A stretch of DNA of 64,000 bases from assembly GCA_964016885.1 (NCBI GenBank), contig OZ024746.1, forward strand, positions 57,784,001-57,848,000, given 5' to 3'. Made by a program: the position numbers and the translations under genes. Of the stretch, positions 1-12,950 are shown piece after piece. The DNA is from Eledone cirrhosa. Lineage: Eukaryota. The notes below the pieces were generated by a model, which did no database searches, was not told the origin of the DNA, and saw only the letters and a program-made list of their open reading frames with translations. Each line of letters opens with the position of its first letter. The first letter of the stretch is position 1.

Positions 1-632
1 AAGATTTTTTGTTTGGATCTGTGAAAGAATTCTTATGATTATTGAAGCGAAGTTTGAATTCTGTCGAGGTAGAACCAACATAGTTGAAAGAATTTAAGTT
101 AGTTTTAACATTACAATTGTATATTATATTTTTAACTAAGCAATTGTTATTTAACGGACATTTAGATTTATTTCTACAGTTACAGTTATTTAATTGAATA
201 TTGTTTGGGTTATTATTGGTATTTTGGTTAGGTTTTAAATTCCTATTATTAATTCTGTTAATATTTTGTGCTAAATTTTTGGTGGACGAGTAAGTTAATT
301 TTATAGTATGTCTATTAAAAATTGAGAGATATTTATGTGTTCTAGGGAAGCGTTTGTCAAGAGCATTAAAGAATAGTTTAGCAATGTGGGTTTTAATATT
401 TAGTGAGAAAGGGGGGGGGGGCAAACTATATTATATTTCTAGTTCTATTTCTTTTCCGGCTTTTGGAATTATTGTAATGTTTTCTATTATAGTTGTTAAT
501 GTTGTTACCGTAATTAAAATTGTTATTATTTTGGTACTATCGTATTTCTACTCCAAAAACTTGTCGAGTGCTTTATATCGGTTATAAAATATTTACTTGT
601 TGTAAACCAACAATTTTAAATAAAACTTTTGC
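1..632 (-). mobile_element. Penelope-like element (Hydra-like) fragment: linker + GIY-YIG, with inverted pLTR end at ~540-632
   Basis: Minus strand reads LDKRFPRTHKYLSIFNRHTIKLTYSST...NCNCRNKSKCPLNNNCLVKNIIYNC...YVGSTSTEFKLRFNNH. 545-632 matches the reverse complement of 63661-63750. Runs off the window start. Confidence 0.9.
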
Positions 633-638
633 ATATAT

Positions 639-693
<55 letters not shown>

Positions 694-726
694 TGGCTTC
701 TTTCTACAATACTTTCTATACCTTTC

Positions 727-767
<41 letters not shown>

Positions 768-906
768 TAAATATTATATATATATATAACTTCTCCGTAT
801 AAGACAAGAGCTGAAAAATATCTGTTAACATGTTAAAATATCCCACACACAAGTACAGATACATTCCTACTGACCATCCCTCTACCACGAATTACTCTGC
901 TACACA

Positions 907-958
<52 letters not shown>

Positions 959-1468
959 TCTTAATAGGCATTTGAACTGTCAACAGGCGGCGGTTCGCAC
1001 ACATCCCTGCTGACGATTATCACAACAACGAACCTCTTTACTACTACTACACACGCACACACACACACATATTTGTCATGAAAGACTTATTTTTCAGTGA
1101 CTTCTCAATCAGCCGAGACAAACCTACATTTGGCGCAAAATCAATTTTTAACATTCTCATGACCTCTACCGACCAATCAAAATTGTTTTGACCACAAGAA
1201 TTTTTTCATACATCTGGAGCCACTTTTTTCACATAAAACATGTAGAATTTCCCAAACTAATCAGATTAGAGCAAACATCACGGGTGCTCTATCTCAAAAT
1301 TATTTTTGAAAAGCATTAGAAATGCGCAACCGATAAAAGTTAAAACCAGAACTGAATACTATCCAAAACTATTACTAATTTCTACTTATTCCTAACTCAA
1401 CTATTTTTCACTCGGAACAATTTGTCAGCATTTTCTTTTACTTTTACCAATATATATATATATATATA

Positions 1469-1515
<47 letters not shown>

Positions 1516-1685
1516 GAAAGGTATAGAAAGTATTGTAGCAAGAAGCAATATATATATATATATATACATAATTGAAAAATTTGAACAGGGACAAAACAGA
1601 GAGGCAGTACAACGAATGTTTATTAATTTCACGCTCTGGAGAGTGGGGTGTTGGTATATATGTATATATATATATATATATCACT

Positions 1686-1728
1686 GTCACTGAAGAGGTC
1701 ACAGAGTGTGTGACGAAAGAACTATGAC
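1686..1728 (+). ncRNA. Type I hammerhead ribozyme in pLTR remnant (1681-1953)
   Basis: gtca-CTGAAGA-g-gtcaca(gagtg)tgtgac-GAAAG-aa-CTA-tgac; stems I and II pair fully. Same family at 62387-62640. Confidence 0.85.
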
Positions 1729-1951
1729 TATATATATATAAACAACTATCTGGTTGTGGAACCAACCAACCAACCAGAAATTTATAAATTTATAAATTTG
1801 TAAACTTATAAATATTTAATAAATTAAATTGAAGTGAAAGCATATGGTGCGTGTGTTTCTTATTGGCAACATGACCCTCCCAAAGTATAACAATATCGGT
1901 TTCAACACACGATTTCAGATAAAGAATCTTGCTAAACAAATTCAGAAACGA

Positions 1952-1983
<32 letters not shown>

Positions 1984-2007
1984 TATATATACACACATAT
2001 ATATATT

Positions 2008-2095
<88 letters not shown>

Positions 2096-2241
2096 AGGGT
2101 TAAAATACTGGAGCGTGTTGGACTTAAACACCCTCTTCGTATTATAGAAATGACAGTAAAAGGTATAGCTCAATGTAATTAAACAGAGCCGAAGAATTAT
2201 GAAAGCAAAACAATGAAGCCATCAATACATCAAAAGTCTTT

Positions 2242-2286
2242 ATTAGCCAACAATGTTTCGTCCTATTAAGGACTCATCAGGGTAAT
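2242..2286 (-). ncRNA. Type I hammerhead ribozyme in pLTR remnant (2097-2382)
   Basis: Reverse complement: attacc-CTGATGA-gtcct(taat)aggac-GAAAC-att-GTT-gg(c)taat. Confidence 0.85.
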
Positions 2287-2382
2287 TAAAACAACAAGAA
2301 GTATTATCGGCCAATACAAGCCGGAAACTCCGAAGAATATGGAGTGTACATACACTAAAGTATTGCAAGATTATGGGTAAAA

Positions 2383-2418
<36 letters not shown>

Positions 2419-2480
2419 TTATATATACATATATATATATACATATTATATATATATATACATATATTTTATATATATGC

Positions 2481-2550
<70 letters not shown>

Positions 2551-2572
2551 CTATACATATCTATATATACAT

Positions 2573-2606
<34 letters not shown>

Positions 2607-2629
2607 ATATATATATATCTATACATATC

Positions 2630-2673
<44 letters not shown>

Positions 2674-2716
2674 CATATACATATATATATATACATATAC
2701 ATATATATATATATAC

Positions 2717-2771
<55 letters not shown>

Positions 2772-2937
2772 CATATATATATAGAGAAACGGATCTGTGT
2801 ATGTATATATGTGTGTATGTATGTGTATATCTATCTGTATGTAATTGTATATGTATATATAATCGCATATATTATATATTTCTGTTGTATTTGTGCGCGT
2901 GTGTGTATATATTTATATGTATGTATGTGTGTATATA

Positions 2938-3006
<69 letters not shown>

Positions 3007-3479
3007 ATATGTATGTATGTATATATGTGTATGTATGTATGTGTGTATATATAGATTTAATGTGTGTGTATGGGCGTGTGTATATTTGTGAGTGTATATG
3101 TTTTTTTTTATATAATGGTTTTGTGTGTATATATATAATAGCCTCAGAAAAGGCTTGACCTCTGCCGTGGGGTCAGACTTTTTCCTATGTGTGTGTATAT
3201 ATATATATCTATATATATATATACGTAATTGTAGGTTTGTGTGTATTTCTGTGGTTGTGTTTTTTTTGTGTGTGTGTGTATGTATATATATGTTATATGT
3301 GTGTGTATATGTATATATGTATAAGGGTGTATGTATATGCATCATTACATATAGTGATTTAATGATTATTTTCATTGATCTTTTACTCCAGGTACTTGAG
3401 TGCTCTAAATCTGCTATAAGCATGTATACCCTTTTCTAAATATATATATTTTTTATTTATTATTTACCGTATTCCCAAC

Positions 3480-3815
3480 TTTTTATTTTCATTTTTATTT
3501 TTATTTTTATTTTTATTATTTTTATTTTTATTTTTATTTTTATTTTTATTTTTATTTTTATTTTTATTTTTATTTTTATTTTTATTTTTATTTTTATTTT
3601 TATTTTTATTTTTATTTTTATTTTTATTTTTATTTTTATTTTTATTTTTATTTTTATTTTTATTTTTATTTTTATTTTTATTTTTATTTTTAATTTTATT
3701 TTTAATTTTATTTTTATTTTTATTTTTATTTTTATTTTTATTTTTATTTTTATTTTTATTTTTATTTTTATTTTTATTTTTATTTTTATTTTTATTTTTA
3801 TTTTTATTTTTATTT
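3480..3815. repeat. (TTTTTA)n hexamer array
   Basis: Near-perfect tandem ttttta; explains the KIKIKI ORF. Confidence 0.95.
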
Positions 3816-4029
3816 TCGTATATACCATATTTTTTAATATAAACAATATTTATTTTTTATATAAATATATAATAATTATGTTCTTTCTCATATCTATATA
3901 TATTGAGTTATATATGTATATATATGTGTGTTGTGTGTGTGTATGTACGGATGCATACGTATGTGTATGTATATATGTGTGTGTAGGTATATATGTGTAT
4001 GTTGGTATGTATGTATGTGTATATATGTG

Positions 4030-4091
<62 letters not shown>

Positions 4092-4223
4092 AGAGTTAAA
4101 TAAGGTTCACTGAATTATCTAAGAATGAGTTTTACACACATATATATGTGTGTGTTTGTATTTGTATGTACGTATTTGTGATATGTATATACATGTATGT
4201 GTATATTTGTATGGTTATGTATG

Positions 4224-4274
<51 letters not shown>

Positions 4275-4425
4275 GTGACGTTTTTTTACAAAATGAAAAA
4301 TAACCGAGGTGTCCTACACGAGTGGAAGTATAAAGAAAAAGGGATGAAATCGAAAATGCAACTGAAGACTTATTTTTTTATTTTTTATTTTTTTTTTTTT
4401 TTTAAATATATATATTTATTTGGTT

Positions 4426-4463
4426 CCTTTACCGGTTTCGCAGTTCTTCTGCTTTTCAAAAGG
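4426..4463 (-). ncRNA. Hammerhead ribozyme, U3-A8 core variant
   Basis: Exact reverse complement of 4567-4604. Confidence 0.8.
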
Positions 4464-4566
4464 TGAGTTGAGATGGAGGGTCTGTGGTTTTTCTCACATC
4501 TGAGAAAAACCACAGACCCTGTGAAAAACCATGTGAGAAAAACCACAGACCCTCCATCTCAACTCA

Positions 4567-4604
4567 CCTTTTGAAAAGCAGAAGAACTGCGAAACCGGTA
4601 AAGG
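4567..4604 (+). ncRNA. Hammerhead ribozyme, U3-A8 core variant
   Basis: cctt-TTGAAAA-gcag(aagaa)ctgc-GAAA-ccgg-TA-aagg; palindromic stem III ACCGGT. Confidence 0.8.
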
Positions 4605-4687
4605 AACCAAATAAATATATATATTTAAAAAAAAAAAAAAAAAAAAAAAATAAGACTTCAGTTGCATTTTCGATTTCATCCCTTTTT

Positions 4688-4768
<81 letters not shown>

Positions 4769-5185
4769 TATATATATATATATGTATGTGTGTGTATATA
4801 TGTATATGTGTGTGAGTGTATGTATTTGTTTATGCGTATGTATGTGTTTATGTATTTGTATATGTATATTTATGTGTGAGAGAGTGTATGTGTATTTATC
4901 TTTGCGTATGTATGTGTACGTGCATTTGTGTGTATGCTTACCACGTGTGTTTGTTCATTTATTTGTTGCCTGTATCGCTGTCAACATTATAATAGTCTTT
5001 ATATTCATTTTTATGTTTTTTATTATCTTTTTTCTCATATTTATTTGTGTGTGTGAGTATGTAGAGGTATGTGCATATATTTCTATTTTTGTGTATGCGT
5101 ATGTATGCGTGTATATATGTGTGTATGTATGTGTGTATGTATATGTATGTGTGTATGTATATGAATGTGTATGTGTATATATATC

Positions 5186-5219
<34 letters not shown>

Positions 5220-5355
5220 GTTGTTTATGTGTATGTATGGATATGTTGATATTTATGTGTGTATGTATGTATGTGTATATGTATGTGTATGTATATATAC
5301 ACACATATATATGTGTGTGTGTGTGTATATGTGTGTGTGTATGTATGTGTGATTG

Positions 5356-5408
<53 letters not shown>

Positions 5409-5553
5409 GTATGTATATAATTGTGTGTGTGTGTGTGTGTTTGCATGTGTGTTTTTATTTTATTTTTTCTTTCCTTCCTTTTCCAGCCTCACTTTCATAT
5501 AGATTGCTTTATTGATTGTAAAATCCAACGTAAATATATACGCCAGGATGTTT

Positions 5554-5608
5554 TCATTCTGATGATTGAAAGCAAAATGTTTTGCTTTTAAGAAACACTG
5601 GTAAATGA
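5554..5608 (+). ncRNA. Type I hammerhead ribozyme
   Basis: tcatt-CTGATGA-ttgaaagcaaaa(tg)ttttgcttttaa-GAAAC-actg-GTA-aatga; ~100 nt before a TA tract. Confidence 0.85.
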
Positions 5609-5703
5609 CATAATTGCCTTATGTTGTTTATTACATAACTATTAAGTTCTGTTACCTACATAGAGAATTCTTTTTTCCTGGACTTTTTCGACGGAATAAC
5701 TTC

Positions 5704-5767
<64 letters not shown>

Positions 5768-5779
5768 TTATATATATAC

Positions 5780-5858
<79 letters not shown>

Positions 5859-5916
5859 AATATATACATATGTATATATATATATACATATATATATATT
5901 TATATATATATATATA

Positions 5917-6915
5917 CTCTCTCGTCTACCATTTCACAGAACTTACGTTCACCGAATTCACAGACTAGATCCCTTCTTCCTCCCGTTAGACCTGTACGGA
6001 ATTCCTTCCTCGCTTACATTCCAACCAGGTTTGATGGTCTTTATTCTCTCTCGTTCACGATTTCACCGAATTTATATTCATGGAAATTTGGTATTGACAC
6101 CTTCTTCCTCACTTTTCGTTGCTTCACCATCTCTGTTTGTTTACACTCTCGTGTCCCCTTTATTTACGTGTCGCAACGACTATTTTAACCGTTGCTCGAA
6201 CCAACCGGATGTATATTGTCTTTAAAGCGATGAAATACCAATGATGGTTGGAAGATCACTGAGGAAGGACTAACTTTATTCTTATGTAACCCATTAGCAA
6301 CCACGCAGCACGTTTATTCTCACATTTACACATATTTTTTCCCCCGCTGTGACCCGTCTATTTCGTTCTTACTGCTTACTCTTTCTCTGTATCTTTACCC
6401 TCTCTAACAGTCACTCTCTCTGTTAGCCTCTTCTTCACCGTTCACTCAATCACTCTCTGTTACTACCTCTCCCCCTCCTCCTTCTTCCCGTTTGACCTGT
6501 GCGTAATTCTTTTCTTTAGCACCCTTGGTCGGGCAGGTCGCTTTTTTTCTCTCTCTCGTCTACTATTTCACAAAACTTACGTTCACCGAATTCACAGGCT
6601 AGATCCTTCTTCCTCCCGTTATACCCGTACGAAATTCCTTCCTTGCTCACATTCCAACCAGGTTCGATGGTCTTTATTCTCTCACGTTCACGATTTCACC
6701 GAATATATATTCATGGAAATTTGGGACTTGACTCCTTCTTCCTCACTTTTCGTTGGTTCACCATCTTTGTTTGTTTACACTCTCGTGTCCCCTTTATTTA
6801 CGTGTCCCAACGACCTTTTTTAGCCGTTGCTCGCACCAACCTGAGGTATATGGTCTTTAAAGCGACGAAATACCAATGATGGTTGGAAGATCACTGATGA
6901 AGGACTAACTTTATT
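5917..6915 (+). repeat. Partial tandem repeat (~635-bp unit, ~1.6 copies), pLTR-like
   Basis: 5917-6280 recurs at 6550-6915; TA-flanked. 36170-36250 is the reverse complement of 6236-6311. Confidence 0.8.
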
Positions 6916-6916
6916 C

Positions 6917-7059
<143 letters not shown>

Positions 7060-7163
7060 CATATATACATATATATATATACATATATACATATATATAC
7101 ATATATATCTATATATATATACATATATATATATACATATATACATATATATACATATATATC

Positions 7164-7227
<64 letters not shown>

Positions 7228-7232
7228 TATAC

Positions 7233-7300
<68 letters not shown>

Positions 7301-7356
7301 ATATATATATATATATATAATATATAAGATCAACAGATGTTTAAAAGAGTTCCATG

Positions 7357-7427
7357 TATTTTATTATGCGCATTTCAAAAACAAATATCACCATGCGATG
7401 ACATTTGCGTTTTCGTCAGATAAAATA
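7357..7427 (-). ncRNA. Type I hammerhead ribozyme in PLE pLTR
   Basis: Reverse complement: tattttat-CTGACGA-aaacgcaaatgtcatc(gcat)ggtgatatttgttttt-GAAA-tgcgca-TA-ataaaata. Confidence 0.9.
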
Positions 7428-8488
7428 GAGAGACATGATATGAAGGTTAAAAAACACTTATGAATAGTGCAGTTTTAAATCAATATTGAAAAGTAGTTTA
7501 GAATGATGTGTGATATTGGGGAAAAAATTGAGGTGGGGGGTTGGAAAGGAAGAGATGAGACTAAAGAATGGAGGGGGAGGAGTATAATAAGGAAGGATGA
7601 GATAGGAGGAGAGATGGGTGATAGAGAGAGAGAGATAGCTTTTATAACTGAGAAAAATATATTGTTTTAGAGAGAGAGGTTAAAAAACCGTTGGAAGATA
7701 ATATATAAATTAAAAGAACTTCAAAATTAACGAAGAGAAAAAATTAAGAATAATGTTAAATTAAGGTTTGTATATCGAAGGGTTTAATAATATGTGCGAT
7801 AAAAAGAAATTGTTAATTTGTATTAAGAATATTATTAAGTTAAGGTTTGAATATTGAAGGTTTTAATAATATGTGCGATGGAAAGAAATTGTTAATATTT
7901 ATTATTAAAAGAAATATAAAAATAGTAATGTAATTAATCATATATTGTGAAAAGAAGTAGAACAGTGGGTGAATATGTGTAATATGTAGAACTTAGATGA
8001 GCATGAAAGGGGGAAAAAAATAATGAATTGAGGATGAATAATCTAACGTCAAAAAAAATGTTTATGTTTACGAAGGATTTTTCTAGGTGATACTATAAAG
8101 TATTTAAAAGGGTAATAGTAAATTTTATGGCCAGTGATAGGATGGAAGAAGGAGGAGTGGATATATTGTGGTGAGTAATAATGAGAATTGGGAAGTATCT
8201 AGGAAGAAAAGGTACAGATTAGAAGTTAGAAATTAAAAGAAAAAATGAAAAAAAGGAAGAAAGGGAAGTGATATAGAATGAGTAACTAGTATTATATAAT
8301 GTATCATAAATAACATTGAAATAAGATAGAAAGATGGGCATATTTTTAAAGAAACATATAGGCATATATATATATGTGTCTTTGAGAAAAAAGGATTTTT
8401 AAATTGGTAAAGTATTAGATATTAGCTGTATACTTTATGGAATGTTCTGTGGAATTTATGCAAGCAGAGAGAAAACAAGTCAGTGCGT

Positions 8489-10051
8489 CTATTTATTATA
8501 GAATAATATTATAGATATAATGGTAAATTTCTCACATAAACAGAGATTACATGTCTTGGATAGAGAGGCATTCAAGTATGGAGAAGCAGACCAAACCTTC
8601 CTCCAAGAGATATTATAGTTAATATTTTTGTCTTTCAAGGACCATATGAGTTCTGAGAGTGTCGTGTTGGTTCTTTTAAGTTGGTATTTAAAAGACGAAT
8701 GATGATTATAAAGATGAGCTTTAAAGGAGGTGGAAGTGGAGCCAAAATAGGTTAAGGAATTGGTGTCAGTTATAACTTTACATTCATAGATTAAGTTTTT
8801 TTCAAGACAATGGTTGTTGAGAGGACATTTATTTTTAACAGGGCAATTACAATTGCGATTAGAGAAATTAACAGAGTTATTAACAAGTGACCTAATGTTA
8901 TCTATAGAAGGAATTGGATTGGAGAAGTTATTTACGATAGGAATAATAGTTTCTCGATTTAGATTGGGATTAAGAACATTTAACGAAGTTGCGTTTGACG
9001 TTGTATTTGGGTTTGCAGAAATTAGCCTAGAGTTAATAATGACGTCGGGAGTACTATTACTATTATTATGATATTCAGCGTTGGAAGGAAGAGATTTAGT
9101 ATTTAGTATTTTATTGTTGTGTTTAGAGATAATGTTGGAGATGTTGGAGGAGGTTGAATAGGAACATTTTATAGTGTGTTTGTTAAATATTTTAATATAG
9201 ATATGTGAGGGACGGAAGCATTTATTTAAGGCACTAAAGAATAATTTAGGAATATTATTATTAATAGAGATGGAGAAAGGAGCTTTATACCAGATTATGT
9301 TTTTGTATCTAGGTCTTTTATGAAAGTTATTGGAATGATCATGATTAATTATTCTACTGTAAGATCTTCTAGAATTTGGTTCTTTACTATATTTGATTTC
9401 ATCAGGATAATCGGCTTTAGAAAGCGCGTTATTATAGTAATTGGCGTTAGCATCAAATATGTTTTTATTAGATGATAGGTTGGATATTCTTTTTCCAATA
9501 TTACTAACTATAGCATTCTTAATATTAGTGGGGTGGTTAGATTTAAAATGAACATAATTTAGATTCTCATTGTTTTTATAGGCCAGTGTCAAGATTAAGA
9601 GATACATCCAAGAAATGTACATCCAAGAAATGTTGTTATCAAATTCAATTTTTAAGTTATGTTGGTTAAAGAGATTACGTATATTGTTCTTAATAATATT
9701 AAGGTTAACTATGTTGCAATTTAAGATAGTAAAAAGTCCATCGTCATGATAAATTCCACCGCCAAGTTGAGGAGGTTTGCGATTCAAAGAGTTCAAAATA
9801 AAGATACCAATTAAATCTGTCAATTGGCATGAATCGGATGCTCCCATTGTGATGTCAAAGTTGTTAGAGGTATCAGCTCTGGTCCAATATTCATTGTTGA
9901 ACTCTAGGATGGTTTTCGGTGCGGTGAGAATGATGTGAAGTTCATCTGTGGTGATGTCTAAATATTTGTAAGCGAAAGATAGAGCATTGTTGAGAAGTGA
10001 GGGCGAAATAGAAGAATAGTAGCTTGCAACATCAAATTGATTAAAACGCAA
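8489..10051 (-). pseudogene. PLE reverse transcriptase + GIY-YIG endonuclease (decayed, N-truncated)
   Basis: FDVASYY (motif A), FDITMGASDS (B'), IYHDDG (C), YVHFKSNHP, CNCPVKNKCPLNNHC, LIYEC...YFGST, CNLC. Local out-of-frame stretch (ISWMYISWMY; FLDVSLNL lies in another frame). Confidence 0.92.
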
Positions 10052-10221
10052 ATGTCATCGCATGATGATATTTGTTTTTGAAATGCGCATAATAAAATAC
10101 ATGGAACTCTTTTAACCATCTTTTGATCTTATATATTATTTATACTCCAGTCCTGCAAACTGTAGAGTGCTACTTATCCGATATATGCATTGCTTATTGA
10201 ACTACAATAAAACTCACCTCC

Positions 10222-10254
<33 letters not shown>

Positions 10255-10310
10255 GAAAGACGTAAAATAAGAAAATTTTAAAAATTAAAAATTTACTTAC
10301 TAAAATTTTC

Positions 10311-10392
10311 ACTCTAACTAATTAGTTTCTGTAAAGGGATAAATATAGTTACGTAACATAACTATAGAGAATTCCTTACGTCATCAGGGAGT
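10311..10392 (-). ncRNA. Hammerhead ribozyme with extended stem II
   Basis: actcc-CTGATGA-c-gtaagg...ctttac-a-GAAAC-taatta-GTT-agagt. Confidence 0.85.
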
Positions 10393-10844
10393 CTATTCTC
10401 ATCTAAGTTTCCAGGCAATGCGCGGACACTAGGAACCCATATAAAAATAATAATTCAGTGGATGGAACAAAGCTAGCGGGGACTAAATTCCAAAGCACTG
10501 AAAAAATTTACTGCCTCCTTGGTCAGTGGCAGATTCTAAAGAATCAATCACGTGACACTGAGTTTAATCAGTGAGGAGTGGGGTGGTATTATGACAAGAG
10601 CCTACTACTAACATGAATGACAGCAGTAAATTTTGGCAAGTTTTACTCAACAAATAATTTGGAGAAAATATAGAGAATTAGTATATCTACCAACATATGT
10701 ATACAGATGTATACCCATTCTAGCAAATATATATGTTATGTCTTAGTATATTTGTGGTTCTATGCAGGGGGATGCAGAACAATTATATGAAAGAGGTAAA
10801 ATAAGAAACTTTTAAAAATTAAAAATTAACTTACTAAAATGTTC

Positions 10845-10926
10845 ACTCCAACTAATTAGTTTCTGTAAGGGGATAATTATAGTTACGTAACATAACTATA
10901 GAGAATTTCTTACGTCATCAGGGAGT
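10845..10926 (-). ncRNA. Hammerhead ribozyme with extended stem II
   Basis: actcc-CTGATGA-c-gtaaga...ccttac-a-GAAAC-taatta-GTT-ggagt. Confidence 0.88.
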
Positions 10927-11694
10927 CTATTCTCAGCTAAGTCCCCAGGCAATGCGCGGACATTAGGAACCCATATATAAATAATAATTCAGTGGATGGA
11001 ACAAAGCTAGCGGGGACTAAATTCCAAAGCACTGAAAAAAATCCACTGCCTCCTTGGGCAGTGGCAGATTCTAAAGAATCAATCACGTGACACTGAGGTT
11101 AATTAGTGAGGAGTGGGGTGGTCTATGACAAGACCCTACTACTACCATGAATCGCAGCAGTAAATTTTGGCAACTTTTACTCAACAAATAATTTGGAGAT
11201 AAATATAGAGAATTAGTATATCTACCAACATATCTATACAGATGTATACACATGCTAGCAAATATATATGTTATGTCTTAGTACTTTGTGGTTCTATGCA
11301 GGGGGATGCAGAACAATTATATGAAAGACGTAAAATAAGAAAATTTTAAAAATTAAAATTAACTAGCATGGGTATACATCTGTATACATATGTTGGTAGA
11401 TATACTAATTCTCTATATTTATCTCCAAATTATTTGTTGAGTAAAACTTGCCAAAATGTACTGCTGTCATTCGGGTTAGTAGTAGGCTCTTGTCATAATA
11501 CCACCCCACTCCTCACTGATTAACCTCAGTGTCACGTGATTGATTCTTTAGAATCTGCCACTGACCAAGGAGGCAGTGAACTTTTTCAGTGCTTTGAAAT
11601 TTAGTCCCCGCTAGCTTTGTTCCACCCACTGAATTATTATTTTTATATGGGTTCCTAGTGTCCGCGCATTGCCTGGGAACTTAGCTGAGAATGG

Positions 11695-11776
11695 AATCCC
11701 TGATGACGTAAGGAATTCTCTATAGTTATGTTAAGCAACTATATTTATCCCCTTACAGAAACTAATTAGTTGGAGT
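11695..11776 (+). ncRNA. Hammerhead ribozyme with extended stem II
   Basis: aatcc-CTGATGA-c-gtaagg...tatagtt/aactata...ccttac-a-GAAAC-taatta-GTT-ggagt. Confidence 0.88.
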
Positions 11777-12230
11777 GAAAATTTTAGTAAGTTAATTTTT
11801 AATTTTTAAAATTTTCTTATTTTACGTCTTTCATATAATTGTTCTGTATCCCCCTGCATAGAACCACAAAGGTACTAAGACATAACATATATATTTGCTA
11901 GCATGGGTATACATCTGTATACATATGTTGGAAGATATACTAATTCTCTATATTTATCTCCAAATTATTTGTTGAGTAAAACTTGCCAAAATTTACTGCT
12001 GTGATTCATGGTAGTAGTAGGCTTTTGTCATAATACCACTCCACTCCCCACTGATTAACCTCAGTGTCACGTGATTGATTCTTTAGAATCTGCCACTGAC
12101 CAAGGAGGCGGTGAATTTTTTCAGTGCTTTCGAATTTAGTACCCGCTCTGCTTTGTTCCATCCACTGAATTATTATTTTTATATGGGTTCCTAGTGTCCG
12201 CGCATTGCCTGGGAACTTAGCTGAGAATAG

Positions 12231-12312
12231 ACTCCCTGGTGACGTAAGGAATTCTCTATAGTTATGTTACGTAACTATATTTAACCCCTTACAGAAACTA
12301 ATTAGTTGGAGT
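12231..12312 (+). ncRNA. Hammerhead ribozyme copy with core mutation (CTGGTGA)
   Basis: Same fold as the three sister copies; A6 changed to G. Confidence 0.75.
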
Positions 12313-12483
12313 GAAACTTTTAGTAAGTAAGTTAATTTTCAATTTTTAAAATTTTCTTATTTCAAGTCTTTCATATAATTGTTCTGCATCCCCCTGCATA
12401 GAACCACAAAGGTACTAAGACATAACATATATATTTGCTAGCATGGGTATACATCTGTATACATATGTTGGTAGATATACTAA

Positions 12484-12529
<46 letters not shown>

Positions 12530-12804
12530 CCCTCTACGTACACATTGACTCCACGTTTTTTGGACACTTATCACTCATATACATAAACTTGATGTCTTCC
12601 ACGAATGCTGTCTTGGCCCTGTCTCTTGATATGCACTTTCTGATAGAGTCCGAACTGTTGACAAGGTCCAACATTGGTGGGATTGAATCATTTCTGATGC
12701 AATCCCAAATAAAGATGGGCTGGTCATACGGATATCTGAGGACCGCACACCTAAGGTATTGTTGTAGAGGAAGTTGCTGGTTTAAATACTCAACAGGGAT
12801 ACAA

Positions 12805-12950
12805 GTTTAATGAGATGATGATGGAATCTGAAATAACACCCGTTTGGCTTAATAAAGACAAAAACAACCATGATCCCCAAGAATAAAGACAGAAGCAATC
12901 AGGTAAACTATAGACCATTAAGATGACCCCATACAAATTACTAGACCTTA
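12805..12950 (+). mobile_element. Non-LTR retrotransposon RT fragment (R4/Dong-like)
   Basis: Frameshifted FNEMMMESEITPVWLNK/KTTMIPKNKDRSNQVNYRP/PYKLL fits the PxWL..T.LIPK...NYRPI...YKLL motif. Confidence 0.65.

Larger units (their letters stand above)
4268..4692. mobile_element. Fold-back pLTR remnant between TA tracts
   Basis: 4329-4499 is the reverse complement of 4531-4693. Related fragment at 23003-23143. Confidence 0.75.
7326..10222 (-). mobile_element. 5'-truncated Hydra-like Penelope element with inverted pLTR at 10044-10222
   Basis: RT-EN ORF 8489-10051; 7326-7412 is inverted at 10044-10130; TA tracts at both ends. Same family remnant at 54367-54612. Confidence 0.95.
10252..12486. 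mobile_element. Non-coding HHR-bearing ~534-bp monomers: two in tandem on minus, inverted at ~11362, then two on plus (retrozyme-like)
   Basis: Monomer starts at ~10252, ~10785 and ~11319; reverse-complement copies follow; one HHR per monomer; microsatellite-flanked. Confidence 0.9.
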
